DNA of 64,000 bases from Vicugna vicugna (GCA_013265495.1 MU058844.1:4641535-4705534), one strand, 5' to 3'. Shown: positions 12,590 to 26,345, counted from the stretch's first letter. Notes: a model not told the origin generated them from the letters alone. Made by a program: numbers and translations.

Positions 12590-13130
12590 GTTTGGTTTAT
12601 TCTTTATTAGAGCTGATGTATTTTGGTTTTGTTCTCTGTCCTAGTGTGTGATCCTTACACTAGGCTTTGAGCCTTTCTTCTAAAACATAGCCTTCCAGAG
12701 ATCTCAGTTGAATGCCCAAAGTACTTTGTGAAAGTTCTTTATTCTTGCTTGGCTGGAGCTATAATATTTTCCAATAATGTATGAGCTCTAGTATCTCTAT
12801 TCAGTTAACAACCCTTTTACAGATACTCTCCATTAGACCTTGTGGGTTCTTGTTCTGCACTTATTCAGTCTTTGCCTTCTCACCTCAGGGAAACTGTCGT
12901 ACTCTGCTTGGACTCTTGTCTTTCTAGCACGGTCCAGAAAGTTCCCTTGAACAAAACCTGAGTCAAACACAAGGCTCACCTCCTGTGCTTCCTAACTTGC
13001 AATGGTCACAGTTTTGCACTGGCTAATTTCAGGTGCCTAGAAATAGTTGCCTCACACAGATTGGCCACTTGATAATTATTGTAAGAGAAAGCCTGGTACC
13101 AATTGCCCCATCTTAGCCAGAAGCAAGAAT
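12590..13130 (-). mobile_element. Ancient L1M 5'-region fragment
   Basis: Resembles the reverse of old L1MD/ME 5' sequence ('ggctcacctcctgtgcttcc...ggtcacagttttgcactggct...tggtaccaattgccccatcttagccagaag'). Confidence 0.45.
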
Positions 13131-15454
13131 CCCTCCATTGTTATTTATGTTACCATTCCTAAGGTAATTGATTATTCAACACTAATCTGATTTTATTGTC
13201 AAGGTTCCTATTTCTCCCATCAAATTACTACCATTCTAGATGATAATTATCTATATATACACAGTGAAATATCTGGGAGATCACCATTGGTGTGTGGTGT
13301 GTTGGAAGTTTTTTGTAATTAAAAATACTGAAAGTATGGATATCAATGAATAATGTTTTTCTTTTAATAAATTAAAAGGAATTTAAGGTTGATGGTTTAA
13401 TGATATCACTCTCACTCACTTGCATTCTTATGTGCTTCCCTAAGTTGATGAGAGGAAGATTAATCTACAACTTTGTTAATTTTGTATAACCTTGCACGTA
13501 ACTGTGAGGACATGCCTATCATATTATCTGTCATGCATATCAGGAAAAAAAGTTTGAACTGGCTGTATGGAATGGCTGCTCTAAAAGGGGGCTACTTTTA
13601 TTTTTAGCTTATGTTCTACTTCTGCATATTAAAGTTAGACAACAAGTTATCTTAAAGATATTTAATTCACTTGCTAAATCACTAATCATAGAAGTTATTT
13701 GTTACTGAGATCATGAAAATTCATTGAAAATGTGTAGTACTGGTAGGGAAACCAAATTGGAAGGTCAAAGCTTTCTGGGAAAGAAAATATTTCAATAGGC
13801 TTTTAACAATTTTGAATCTTAAGGTGAAAAGGAAAAAAACTAAAACAAATGGAATGCTCATAAAAATAAATTAACCAATTTAGAAATAAGAATGTGTTTT
13901 TCAGATAAAGTAAAGAATATATTAGTCTGTAGGAGAATTTTCCATCAATTATATAACTAAGTATCATTACTTTAAACAATAAAACACATTATAAACAAAC
14001 AACATTTAAAGCAACAAATTTTAATGGATACAGCACTGAACTCAAGAAGATGTGGTTCTTAGATCTGGCTTTCTACATGGGATTTGACAGGTCATTAAAT
14101 CAGTTTGGGTCAGTTTTTTCTGTATTTTCTGTAAAATGAACAGATATGCTAAATTATTTTAATGCTCTTTTTATTCATCATTCTAGGTTTTATTATTCTA
14201 AGTTGGGAAAAAGCTTTGTTCAAATTGAAGAAAAACCTATTTCAAGGAACTGTGTTTTAATTACATATAATACTGGGGGAAAGTTTAAATAAATCTTATG
14301 AAGAGAATGAGGTATCACACACTATTCTAGTCTTGAGTATCACCATACTTCTAGCATATGTAATTAGAAATTCCATTTTATTACTTTCTTTTAATTGATA
14401 ACTACTAGGATTTTTACAATCTTCCTTAACACCATTTTCCATATTAAATACTCAATCTGGTAGTCATTAGGTACATAAAACATCATGATAATTATTAGAA
14501 TTTTTCCAACCTTCAAATAAATTGGCCTGGACAGATAGAGATGTAATGTTCATCCATGGTCATTCATATCAGTTCACCCACACAATTTTATATTGAGAAG
14601 TGCCACAGGCTCCTGGTCCTGTCTTGCAATCACATCCACAAATATACTTTGGAATTGGTTTTAGTAGTTTAATTTTTCTTACTGTTAACATTCTGTTTTC
14701 CAAGATTCTCATGGGAACTTCGTATTTTTGGCCTGATAAAAAATCCATTTCCACTTGCTGCAACCAATTTTAATTTTCATAGATTTACTAAAAATATATG
14801 AAACAAAGATGTTATATCTGTGTGTCTTTACTGAGTTTGTATTTGCTAATTCAAAATTTAGGAGAATTCCATTAATGCATCCAAGAATTAATTTTTTATT
14901 ATAAACCAATTTATATCTATACCATGGACCTTTCTTTGTGTTCTTTGTTTAAATGACTCCCAGCTTTTATTTCCCTAATGATTTAGAGGTTAGTAATTTC
15001 ACTGAAACAGAATTCAACCAAGGGAAGTGTGAAAGGAAGTCTCCAAAACTCTAGATACTTTTGATTTTTTTTATATGTAAGTTACTTAAAAGAAAGAGAG
15101 TCATTGAAAATGCAATTTTTAGAAGATATTTTTGAGAGTATACTGGTGGTTACCTGAGTAGGATGATGAGGAATAGAAAGAATAGCAACAGTTTAAATGC
15201 TTTTCTTTCATTCTTTGTCAGGAGAATTGTTAGATATAGAATGCTAGAGAGTCTCAACAGAAAAATGGGAACAAAGATAATGATTACTGATTTGTACAGT
15301 AGCAAGGGCTCAAAATATGAAATAGAAAAATAAAGATGAAGGGAAGGATGGAATTGCCTATTTGATGAAAGATAATTTTTCAAATAAAGATTGGAAACTA
15401 AATAGAAGCCATAGGAACCAGTCATTTTATTATTCTTTAATATTTTATAAACAT

Positions 15455-15640
15455 TTTCACATCAATGTTTACATTGGGTCCTCATGATGATCCTATAAAA
15501 CTAAGCTCAAGGTGTAATCTCATTTTGATAATTGAAATCTAAGGCCCAGAGAATTTAAGAGATCTGTCCAAGTTCACATACTTTTAATGTGGTAGGTAGA
15601 GCACTAGGATTGATGTTTTCTCCCCTTGTATCAGTGTTCC
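15455..15640 (-). mobile_element. MIR SINE
   Basis: 'tcctcatgatgatcctat...ctcattttgataattgaaatctaaggcccagagaatttaagagatctgtccaagttcaca'. Confidence 0.7.
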
Positions 15641-18600
15641 CTCACTGATCCAGTCACATGTATTTTCAAATGTTTAGAGACTCATGTTAAAACACAACTT
15701 TACCTGTCAAAACCTGTACGAATGAGTTTATCTAGATAATTAATTGTACCATATAGCAGAAAGGATAATTGGTTACTCTACATTTAAATTTTCATGGTGA
15801 AATCATGTAATTAAGTCTTTTTTTTAATTTTAGTAACTGGTAGTTATCATTTATGTTATTAGTTATTGTGAAGTGCCATAACTGTATATATAAGTATATT
15901 GAGATACTGGCCTAAATGACCTGCAGGCATAAAACATAACCGAGGTGATTTAAATTAAAAGAGCTGGTATAACACTGCCAATCAATTTTTGAAGGTCACG
16001 ACTACAAAACATACAAATGAATGTGAAACAGATCCATTGGCATTTGCTTATATTGCCTTTTCCCATTGATGACAATTGCCCATTTTCCTTTTTAAATAAC
16101 AATCTAATGTTTCTTCTACTTGTATCTCAAAAGAGATATTTTAGTGTAAATGCCTAGATGCTACTCCTTGTCAATTAATTCATGCTTTGCATCTTTTGAA
16201 CAAAACTTCAGGCAGAATACAAAAGCCAAAATAAAAGCTTCATGTTTCCCCCTCATGGGATGATATGAACCAGCTGCAAGGAATGGACTAGCACTACATT
16301 GTCAGTCTTTGCTCCCAGAGAGGTGAGATTCTGGGAGTCAGCTTGGTCCACAGAAATAGTATTCTATTTTTAAATTTAAAGTAAGGAGGATTCCATGCAG
16401 TTATTTTCATAGAATTGTTGGGTAGACATTGTGTGTAGTGGTGTGTGGTAAAGAGGAGAGATAATCATCCTTGAGAGAAATCCAAGTTTGAACATGGTTC
16501 TTCTTGACCAATCTGTATTGTCAAGGGATGAATGCTCTTTCTTTGCGTAGGGAGTCAGAGTGAACCTTGGAGCAATCAAAAACTGGGGATAATTGCACTG
16601 AGCCAGAATAGGAGAAGCAGGATGACAAAATTCTGGAGAGGCTGACATGGGTATGCTTGTAAGTGGTCATCTTGTGCTTTTGTGGGTTAGGCTAGCCAGA
16701 TTTTTAGAAATGGATTAGGATGGGTTAGACAGGACACCCTGAAGGTCCTAGTGGTCTGGGTTTGGGGAAGCTGGTATTTTACAACAGTAGTTTAAAGGTG
16801 TGTATATTATCATGATGTGTGCTATTCATGTCAGAAATTCATGAATAGCCAAATGCTTTATCCTTACTTGTAGCTATGTGCTTAGGAAAATATTGAGATT
16901 ATTTGTTCTATGTCAAGAATCTCATTTATTTGGCTACTTTGAAAGTTTGTATTTAGTTATTTGTTTATTTTAATTTAGTTAAATGCTATATTTAGATATG
17001 ACCAAAATCTGTCTCAGAGATATCAATATGCTCTTGCACTTTTACAAGATAATTAATGATCTTTGTTAAATATTGGAGGGCATCCATGTTTACATTTATT
17101 TTAAAAATTCACAGCCACTCAGTGTGAATTGAACTTGCATCATCTTGTAACAAAAATGTAAAATTTAGCAAGGAAAGATAAATTTATGTTTGCATGATTA
17201 GTGTCTTAGGCAACCTTGGTAGATATGCTCTGATTTCCACACAGAAATGCTTCAGTTGTGTTTATAAGACAAAATTTGATATGGTAACCCATTCTGTAGC
17301 AAACCTTTTACATCTATGCTGTAGTTGTGATTTAAGCATGTACCTAGTGAAAGATGTGTTTTCTCCCAAATTTCCATTATTTACCAAGTGAAGAGATTAA
17401 TTTCCTAACAGAAGATAACAAGGATGAACTCTTAAGATTTTTAATTGCTGATATTCTAGAAGACTGTTGCTTGCTATTATGCTCATGATATCTGGATTCT
17501 AGTCCCCAGGCTCTAACTTCAATTATGTGGCTAGTGATGAGAGCAACTATGTCAATTTCTCATTCTCTGTGTATTCACAGGAAGGGGTAAGATTTGTCCA
17601 AGGTGTCTGCAGTGGTCCTAATATCCTGAAAGCTTATCTTCCTGTGAGCTTCCTTATTGGCTCAGTGTTTCTCTCTGTGCTTTTTACCCACTCAAATGGA
17701 AAAATACTGATTTTCTTTAAAAAAAATTTAGGGCAGTAACTTCAGTAATTAGAACATACATATATATAATTTTAAATGTGGCATATATGCTTAATATTAT
17801 AGGCAAATAAGAAATGAATGTAATAATCACATAATAGGATTAAGTTTTTAAAACTTTTAGAATGTATTTGTCAATCTTTCCTTGTCTAATTTAAATTTCC
17901 TACTGCAGAAATGGAAAAAAATATATTCCTGTATTTCAGTGCTAAGAATATTACTAGTTCCTTTTCCACTCCTCATCCAACTTTAAAATGAGATTTCTTA
18001 TTATCTTGAAAAATATTTTTTAAAAGTCTGGTATTTCATGAAATCTGCCAAGGCATTCTCAGATGGTATATTCTTTTTCTGAAGACATCTACTGAGGACA
18101 TAACAGAATTGTATCACCTATCAAAAAAGAAGCTTCAACTAATATGAATATTAAAATCTACTTCAGCAAATCTACTAAATATTTTTTGTCTTTGAGGTTT
18201 AGCTGGAATTACTTTTTTTGGTAAGAATTCAGAAGATAGTTTTAAAATACTGGCATAAGGCACATCATTTATTTCATTTAAAATGTATGGTAACAGGAAA
18301 ACAGACTGTCATAGTATTAGTCAAATCTCAGAGGGAAATAACTCTTTTTATTATAGATTTTACATCACTATTTTATGGTTTTTAATTGTCATTCTGCAGA
18401 TTAAGAGCAGGTAAACACCATGAAATATAATGTTTGATGGTTTGCATTTGAATTTTAATGCAACAAAAGGGTTTCACATCAATAATAGCAGTGTAATAGA
18501 TTGGATACCTAGGCTAGCTGCATAGTATGAAGTAGTAAATGCTAATAATAGCACATCATATTTAACATTGGTTAATGTTAACATTGCTGGTTGTGCTCAG

Positions 18601-18974
18601 AGCTCTGGGAAAATCAACTCTTATTCTTTATTTCCTCATAATTACATTTGGAAGTTTGAATATAATTTAAATGGTAGGTGGTCTATTAGTTGCCTAAGAG
18701 TGCCATAGAGGAAATAAAAATCAGATGATATAGATAGGTTAGAAATTAAACAGCATAGTTGTTGGTTTTTTTTTTTACTGTCAGATGTCCCTTAATTCCA
18801 AAGAATACTTAATTGACTTGATAAAACAGTATGAATTCAAAGTGACATGATTGGATATGGTATGAGAAGAAATAACATTTTAAGTGTTATCTTTGGTTAA
18901 CCTACAAGGACATTTTAGAGAGCTAGCTCCAAAAAATTAAAAAAAATTTTTTGCTTTGTTTTATTTGAAAAATT

Positions 18975-19072
18975 TTCCCTGTACTATAAGCTCTAGGAGG
19001 GAAGTTACTATGGGTGCCTTCTTCATGGCTTATCTTCAGTAAAGGTGTACAGAAGTCACTCAAACATATTTG
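18975..19072 (+). mobile_element. L2 3' end fragment
   Basis: 'actataagctctaggagggaag...cactcaaacatatttg'. Confidence 0.55.
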
Positions 19073-20932
19073 CATTTACTCCTATCATATAATCCTGTAA
19101 ATCTGCAAACTAGGAGCTGGATAAGTCATATTTTTCAACATTATCATCCCAGTCACTGTCATTAGGATCATGGGATTAAATAAAAAATAGCTTAGTGGGA
19201 ATATGAGACATATAATCAAGTAGACAATATACAAACTCATTACACAAAAATCAGAGATAAAGGCCTCACAGTGTGAAACAAATATAAGAGTATATTTTGT
19301 GCATAATGTAGAAAGAAAATCTTTTTTAGAGGAAACACAGACTTCCTGAAAAATATTTATATAGGAGTTATAAAAAAATTAAACTATATTAAATGGTAAA
19401 AAGAATGCCAAGCATGTACTTGAGTGAAATATTGGGAAAAATGGAAGAACAGCTGATTTTTGTGAAAATTGGAGAAAACTCAAGTCACCTAGTTATGTGA
19501 ATTATATAAAGAAAGTTAGTATTGATTCTTGTCTCCATATTCCAAAACAAGAAAGGACTGTATTTCATAGATCAGAAGGCTGATCTCTCTCTCTTTTATG
19601 GCTACTCATTTTAATGCTCTGATTTCACTTGATAGCTATCATGGCAAATAATAATTTCAGTCTATTTCAGTCTAGGTATTGTAATGTTAAAACAAACTAC
19701 ACTATTAGGGAAATCATGTGGGCTTGGTGAAAATATGAGCATGGAAATTCTAGCTATCATGGTATGATGACACTATAACTAGTTATTATGGATTTCAGAA
19801 TTACACATACATCCATTTGGGTACATTAAAATGACATATTTGATTGTAATTCTCAATACAGAACACATACATCAGCCCTTGCCCATCACAGGACATTGCT
19901 GAAGTGAATTAGACCCTTAGAATTACTATATAAATAGCTGTCATGGCAGTACTTTAGAGAGAATGCCTGGATATAGTTCAGTATTGCAATAGACCATTCT
20001 AGTGATTTTTCTGCCACATAACTAATATAATGCTACAAAAGCTCAGATGCTGACATTGATAGAAATGAGTTTGAAATAAGATGAAGCAAAGACCAGTAAG
20101 CATGCTTCAAAGGTGGTTGGATTTGCGAAGTGGAGCAAAACATTAATGTCAATAAATTGGTATAATAGAAATTGCAGTGTTTTGTGGTTTCTTTCTGCTT
20201 CATTGCAAATATTAAGGGAAAAGGTATTCCTAGAAAGGCAAGATACTCTGGAAACATTCTGGAAATGACATGATTTAATCTATTGTTAGAAGATTGCAAA
20301 TTTAGTAGAAAATAAAGTATTCTTCGTAAGAAGAAAGATGGTATCTTAAAGGGTGTCTAATATATCTTTAAAAGAAGTAATAATTCAAGCACTTCACTTC
20401 TATCTTCCTATTGACCTGACTTTTATTACAGCCTACTTCTGGCATCCCATTTAGCTATTTGTGAAATGGCTAAATAGTGACCTTGGCACAGAAATTCTGA
20501 CATTCTTATAAGTGTTTAACTGTAATTTTAACCACCAACTCAATATACCTAATCTCTTTCACTTCTGAAGCAGAAAAAAAAAAGAATACAAGAAAATGTG
20601 CAGACCATTAGTACTATTCTAGTCGTTCTCAGCTTCCCTGGAGACTTCAAATTCTACATGAATTTCCGGAGTTCTAGAGCAAATACTTTAATAGAATATT
20701 AACACAAAGGGAGCAGACCAATCCTTTGGTCAATGATTAAATGGTATCCTCTCAAGTTTAAGCAATGCACTTGTCGTATATGTTATGACTGTTTCCTCAA
20801 GATGAGTATCCTGAGTGGTTAAAATAAGATTAGGCCTCTCTGAGGAGTTGATGTGTGTCTCTGCCTGTGTTTGTAGATCAGAAACAAAGTGGAAGTGATG
20901 GAACTTTCTACCTATCACCTTGTTTTGAAGGT

Positions 20933-21388
20933 TGTATATTCATATCCTAGGGCTGGCATAGCATTACCACAAATTTGTTGGATTAAAATGATAGAAATTG
21001 ATTCTCTCACAGTTCTGGAGGCTGGAAGTCTGAAATCAATGTGTTGGCAAGAGGCTAGAGGCTCTGAGGAAAAATCTGTTCCATGCCTAGTTTCTGGTGG
21101 TTGCTGGCAACCCACTGCATTCCTTGACCGGTAAATGCATCACTCCAATCATCACTCTAATCTCCATCTCTGTTTTCAAATGGCATTCTCATGAAGTGTC
21201 TCTCTGTGCCTTCAAATGACCTTCTTATAAGGATACTAGTTGTCTAGTTGTTGAATTTAGGGCCCATTCTAATCCAGCATGATCTCATCTTAAATAATTA
21301 CATCTGCAAAGACTCCTTTTCTTAATGAGGTCTCATTCTGAGGTTTCTGATGGACATTAATTTGGGGAAACATTATTCTAGCACAGAG
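20933..21388 (-). mobile_element. MaLR solo LTR, MLT1C-like
   Basis: 'cctagggctg...ttctctcacagttctggaggctggaagtctgaaatcaa...gcatcactccaatc...tacatctgcaaagac'. Possible 5-bp TSD aaggt at 20928-20932 and 21389-21393. Confidence 0.85.
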
Positions 21389-21417
21389 AAGGTAGCTTTA
21401 GGTCAAATCTGTCTTAC

Positions 21418-21789
21418 TATGGTGGAGTTTTGAGGTGGGCATTATTAGTGTTCACTAGTTCTCCTCACCTTCTTGCACTTATGAAAAACAACATTTCCCA
21501 GTCACTTTGCACTGGATGGGGCTATGTGACTGGCCTCTCCCAATAGCCTGTGACTGGGAATGAGAGGAATTACTTTGGGGCTTAACGTAAGAGCTGGTGT
21601 GGTAGTTCCCATGTTCACCTCTATTCTGGTGAAGCCTGTAAATGACAGTTGAGAAGCAAATGCTGTGACATCAAGGTTGCCTGGGTAGTGGACCTTACCT
21701 GAGTGAGAAATAAACTTGTTATATTATACCACTGTGATTTTGGTGGTACTTGTCACCAAAACAAAATATACACAATTTTGATTAATATA
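21418..21789 (+). mobile_element. MaLR solo LTR, MLT1I-like
   Basis: 'catttcccagtcactttgcactggatggggctatgtgactgg...gtgagaaataaacttgttatattataccactgtgattttgg...ttgattaatata'. Confidence 0.7.
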
Positions 21790-23019
21790 AATTTCCTTAA
21801 CTTCCAAAATATCTTTGAATACAAGCATATAAATCACAAATTAATCAGTAATCTGAACTTGAAACATGTATAGTCTTAATGCAAAGTTTTTACTTGATAT
21901 TAAAATTTCTTCTTCTTTCCTGGAAAATTAAATTCCATTCAAAATTATTTGCTGAATACATTTATATTGAGGACTACCCACTCATACATATTTAGAAAAT
22001 ATTTGATTTATGTTACCATTGGCACTCTGCAATATGGGCAAATAAAGCCAGAGATTGGTGCTAAACTCATAAAAAAGCTATTTGTGCTAAGAGAGTTATA
22101 ACATATATTTTTGTCATATAACTGTTATAAAATTCCCAGTGGTACCATATTGGCAGGAAATAAGACTTAAAAAATGTTGTTTCTGTATCAAAAAAAAAAA
22201 TGTTGAGATGTGCTTTAAACCCTAGAACTTAGCTTCCAAGGAAAAACTTTTACTTTTGAAAATAAAATGGTAATCTATAGACAATCTTATGTTGGCTGCA
22301 AAGAATGCTGGGACATTTCAGACATATGTTCGACTTCCAACTCCGTAATGAGTTTATTTTGAATCTATTTATATATAGTTCATTTGAAGGGCAAAAACAA
22401 GAAGTTACATACAAATGGCAGCGGTCCAAAGCTGATGTCAGTTAAGCAATGATTTTATGTGTAATACAACCCCCTACTGGGATGTCTAGAATTTATTCTA
22501 GAATGTTACATAAAAACTCAGCACTAAAAGACAATGAGAAAACTAATATAAAATGAAAAGAATTACATGTGTTCCTCAATAAGATCACACTAGAAAATAC
22601 TTCAGAGGTGGAAGGGCAATGTTCATTGACCTGAATATGCTGATTTATGGAACTGCTAAATCTGACACAGCATAGAAAATAGCCTGGACCCTCTATAAGG
22701 TTGGCTGGTTAAACAGCATTGTTACTGTGTCACAAGGCAGATGTCAAGGGTGACCGTCTGCTCTCAAACACATCCTTTACCTCAAAGGTCCCTCAAAAAA
22801 ATGCCTGTGGGCTTACTGGCATAAGTGACCTGGAAAGGATCAAGGTCTCCTAGAGGCCTTAAAACCAATCTGGTCTCTTGACACCTCTCAAAATGAAGAT
22901 GACCTTGAACTCAGTGACATATTGTGTTGCTTTAGCACAATCCCAGCTACTGTGGATTTGGAGAGCTCATGTGAGCCTACTTCATGTCATATCACAGTCC
23001 TGAAATTTAGCCCAAATTC

Positions 23020-23200
23020 TACTCATTCAGTAAGTATTTGCTGGTTATTTCCCATGTTCAAGACTTTTTCCAGAGTTGGGCGGGGTGCAATGATAAATCA
23101 TACAATCACACAAATGTCCTTATACTCGTGAGGCTTCAGTCAAAGAGGAAAAGAGGGCATTGTGTAAACAACCACATAGGTAAAAATCGTAACTGTGATT
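23020..23200 (-). mobile_element. L2 3' fragment
   Basis: 'actcattcagtaagtatttgctgg...ccttatactcgtgaggctt' is the reverse L2 3' end. Confidence 0.55.
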
Positions 23201-24329
23201 TATGAAGTGCTTTTGTGAAAGATAGATATGATAAATGATGAAGTCCTTTCTATATCTCTTCACCTCACCTAAAGGAATTCATGCTGATGATATTTTGGCA
23301 ATTTGACCTGCAAATAAAGGATCTTTACTTCCCTGTGTTTAGTCTGCCTTTTCCTGTCAACATACATAGTTTTGACCCTCTGAAGTTTTAACTACTACTA
23401 TTGAGGGTTTGTTTTTTGTTAAAACCTGCTGTTTGTCCTGGCAAATGTGGAATTCAGGAACATCACCGTATAATCCTCTCCCATCTCCAATTATATTTAT
23501 TCCAAAGTGCTGGAGACATGGACCTGTATGTCATGTATCTTTACATTCTTCACAGTATGGACCTAATGCTTGCCAGTAGGAGGTACTGATAGGTGTTGGG
23601 TAAATGAGATAGTGCATTAAATACTTATTCTGTATGAAATGATGGCTTAAGAAAATGTAACATGTATATAGATGAAGGGATATGACTTCATATCCTTGAC
23701 AGTAACTCAGAAACAAGTGGCATTTACATAAATGTTAAAATAGTTTAGAACACTTTTAAAATGTGTTTGTTAAGAACTCAGTTTCTGCTAACTTGAGGAA
23801 TTTCAAGTGCTTTCTGATGACATTTGAATTCACATTGACTATCATTGAAAGAGAGTTTGAGTTATTATTGTTGAGATTTACAAATTGGAAAATCATTAGA
23901 CAGGAAACCTGTTCTGTCCTCATATTATGTAGAAGCTGAACTTTTGCCATTTTAAAAATATACTTTTCATTTCTCTAAATGAAAAATAACCTGCTTAGTA
24001 ATAGAAATTTCCTTATACTGAGGCCACCTAGAGGTTTCTCTCTGGCCTCTGGGTTCCTGATTTTCACTGCTTCAGCTTGAATATTGTCTAGTGTACATCT
24101 TGTTTGACCCACTCATATATCTTAATCTACTGATTCACAGGCAACTTATAGGTACCATTTAATGTTCCAGACACTCAAGATCTCCCATGCTCTGCTGAAT
24201 TCTGAATGCATCTCTATTTACCCCTCAAGGTACTGCCACCCCAGTGATCATCCCCACCTGAGGTCACTCTGAACTCTCTGATATATGGATCTCAAATTTT
24301 CTTTCCTCAATTTCAGCTGTACACACCCA

Positions 24330-24801
24330 GGTAGATGTCAGAATCTCTAGTTACTGTGTGAGGCAAATGCCAGTAGTAACCTCAGTCACAGGAAAAACAT
24401 CATTGTCTCTTAGTGATCCACTGGCCCATTTAACACCAGTTCCTGTAAGGAGAAAAGGATTAGAATATCAGTCCTAAATTCTTATCTCATCCCTGTGGCT
24501 TCCTAAAACTAATTAACCCTGGTCCCTGGTGGCCTTTGGTTGCTTTTGTTTCTTTGCCAACCTAGACATTTCCCAACTGGCTTTAGTGAACAATCTGTCC
24601 TCTCTGCTGCTGCCTTTGGCTCTGACTTTGTTGTGTCTGGTCCTAGGTCTGTTTGCCTTGACCTTGGTTATCTATGAGATATCTTGACTCTTAACTGTGT
24701 TCTGATTATCTTATTTCTCTGCTTTGGTCCCTCCCTTGACTTTCCAGGTTTAATAACCAGTCTGTCTGTGTTTTCCACTGATATTTATATTTGGCACAAC
24801 A
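24330..24801. mobile_element. Probable ancient LTR-like relic (MamRep605/Gypsy-like)
   Basis: Pyrimidine-rich 'cttgaccttggtt...cttgactc...cttgactttcc' pattern ending in ...acaaca. Resemblance only. Confidence 0.25.
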
Positions 24802-25294
24802 AGATAATTAGCATTGCTAAATGAAGGTGGGTTCTGGGACTTTGATACCTAAAAATTATGATTAGATATATCAAATTCTTACTATATTTTCCAGGAAGCC
24901 AGGTGTTTGCTTCAAACTATATGGTTTTAAAGGTATAAAAATTCCTCCTGGTTTATAGCCAAACTCCATTAGTGATGATTAATCATAATAAGAGACCAAA
25001 CGAAAATCAGAACATTGCTTAGACTTTAAGTTAAAATGTGGAAGCAAATCTCTCTGGATTACCAAGGGGGGTTTACTTTCCTAAGTGTTCTGAATGTAGT
25101 TTAAATTAAACATACGCAATGGAGTAATATTTTGAAGATTATTGATGTGCTTTTTCATTTTGTCTTTCAGTACAAAACCATTGTCTTAGTTTGCCTGAGG
25201 CAACAATATGCCTGGGGGAGATTAGGATTTGTTACAGAAGGAATACAAAGGATTTGTTACAGAAAAAATAAAAATGAGAAAATAATAAAGAAAT

Positions 25295-26345
25295 ATGTCA
25301 TGAGATAAGTTTCTTGGAGTTAAGGTTAGTTTCCCCCCATAATGATAAATTAAATTATTAGCTATTCTAGAAAGAAGAGTTCCAATATTTTTATATTTCC
25401 CATATTTTCAAGTAACACATACTGGAGTAGTCATTTTAGAGCTCTCCTATAACTTATAGAACATAACCCTGCCCTCCATGAAATCTTGGCCCAGTGGAGC
25501 TTGGAAAGAAGAGAGACAGAGAGGAAAACAAAGCAGTCAGAAGTGGTTCTGCATTTTCCCTTCTCTGGGCTTTGTCCCAAAGAGTCAGAAAAGAGGGCAT
25601 ACTAGCAAAGTTAGAAGGAAGCTTCTGTTCCTCATTTGAACTTTCAGGGGGAGGCTACTTGCAAGGGGCCCTATAGACAATTGGCACATAACCAACTGCT
25701 TCAAAGTGGGATGGCCAGTGTGGCCTATTAAGGTAAAAAGTGATTCTGAGGATGTGCTTTTCTAAGGCATCCTTGATGCTCACATGGATCTTACCAATAA
25801 GGGGTCACCATTGTTGAGATGAAGTAAGGACTGTAGGAGGACCTCCCTAACCAGGGCCAAATAAAAGTTTCAAGAAGACCTCAGGTTTCTACAGCAAGAT
25901 CTGAGGTGAAGGTAGTCAGATATGAATACCACAAGTAGCAGTGTTTGTACCAAAAGTATGGCGCTGAAGTATATTAGCCATAGACTTCAGCATCAGAAGA
26001 GAGTGGATCAGTCAGAATCTAGGAGGGGAAAGAGTATTTTTGAACCACTGGAGGAGTAGGAGTGAGACAACATGAAAATTAGAAGATTTAATGTTTCTCT
26101 CCCATATCATAAGGGTAATAAGCCATACCCCTCCCCCAGACTCAAGGGATCAATCATCTGAGCATATTTTATCGAAGAGACACTGTACTCAAGCTCATCT
26201 TAAACGAGATTGCATATTTTACCCCTAACTAATCAGAAATGGATAGATCTCTGGAGAAAGGCCAGATTATAGAAAAAAAATACAGAAATCATTTTTCTCA
26301 ATATAGACCTAACTTTTAGTATGAGTATTTGGCAACATGACTACA
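25295..26345 (+). mobile_element. Ancient Gypsy-like LTR (LTR85/MamGypLTR-like)
   Basis: Begins 'tgtcatgagataag' and ends '...gagtatttggcaacatgactaca' (TG...CA, ~1.05 kb). The 3' block 'ggagaaaggccagattatagaaaaaaaatacagaaatcattttt' resembles the LTR85-group end. Confidence 0.5.

Noticed and set aside
14569..14790. Minus-strand Cys-containing ORF (..CGCDCKTGPGACG..) with nearby AG/GTAAG sites
   Set aside because: TTG start, the putative exon (14787-14683) has stops in all three frames, and I recognise no protein family.
24021..24036. CTCF-like ggccacctagagg
   Set aside because: An extra base breaks the core spacing and the 3' GGC is missing.
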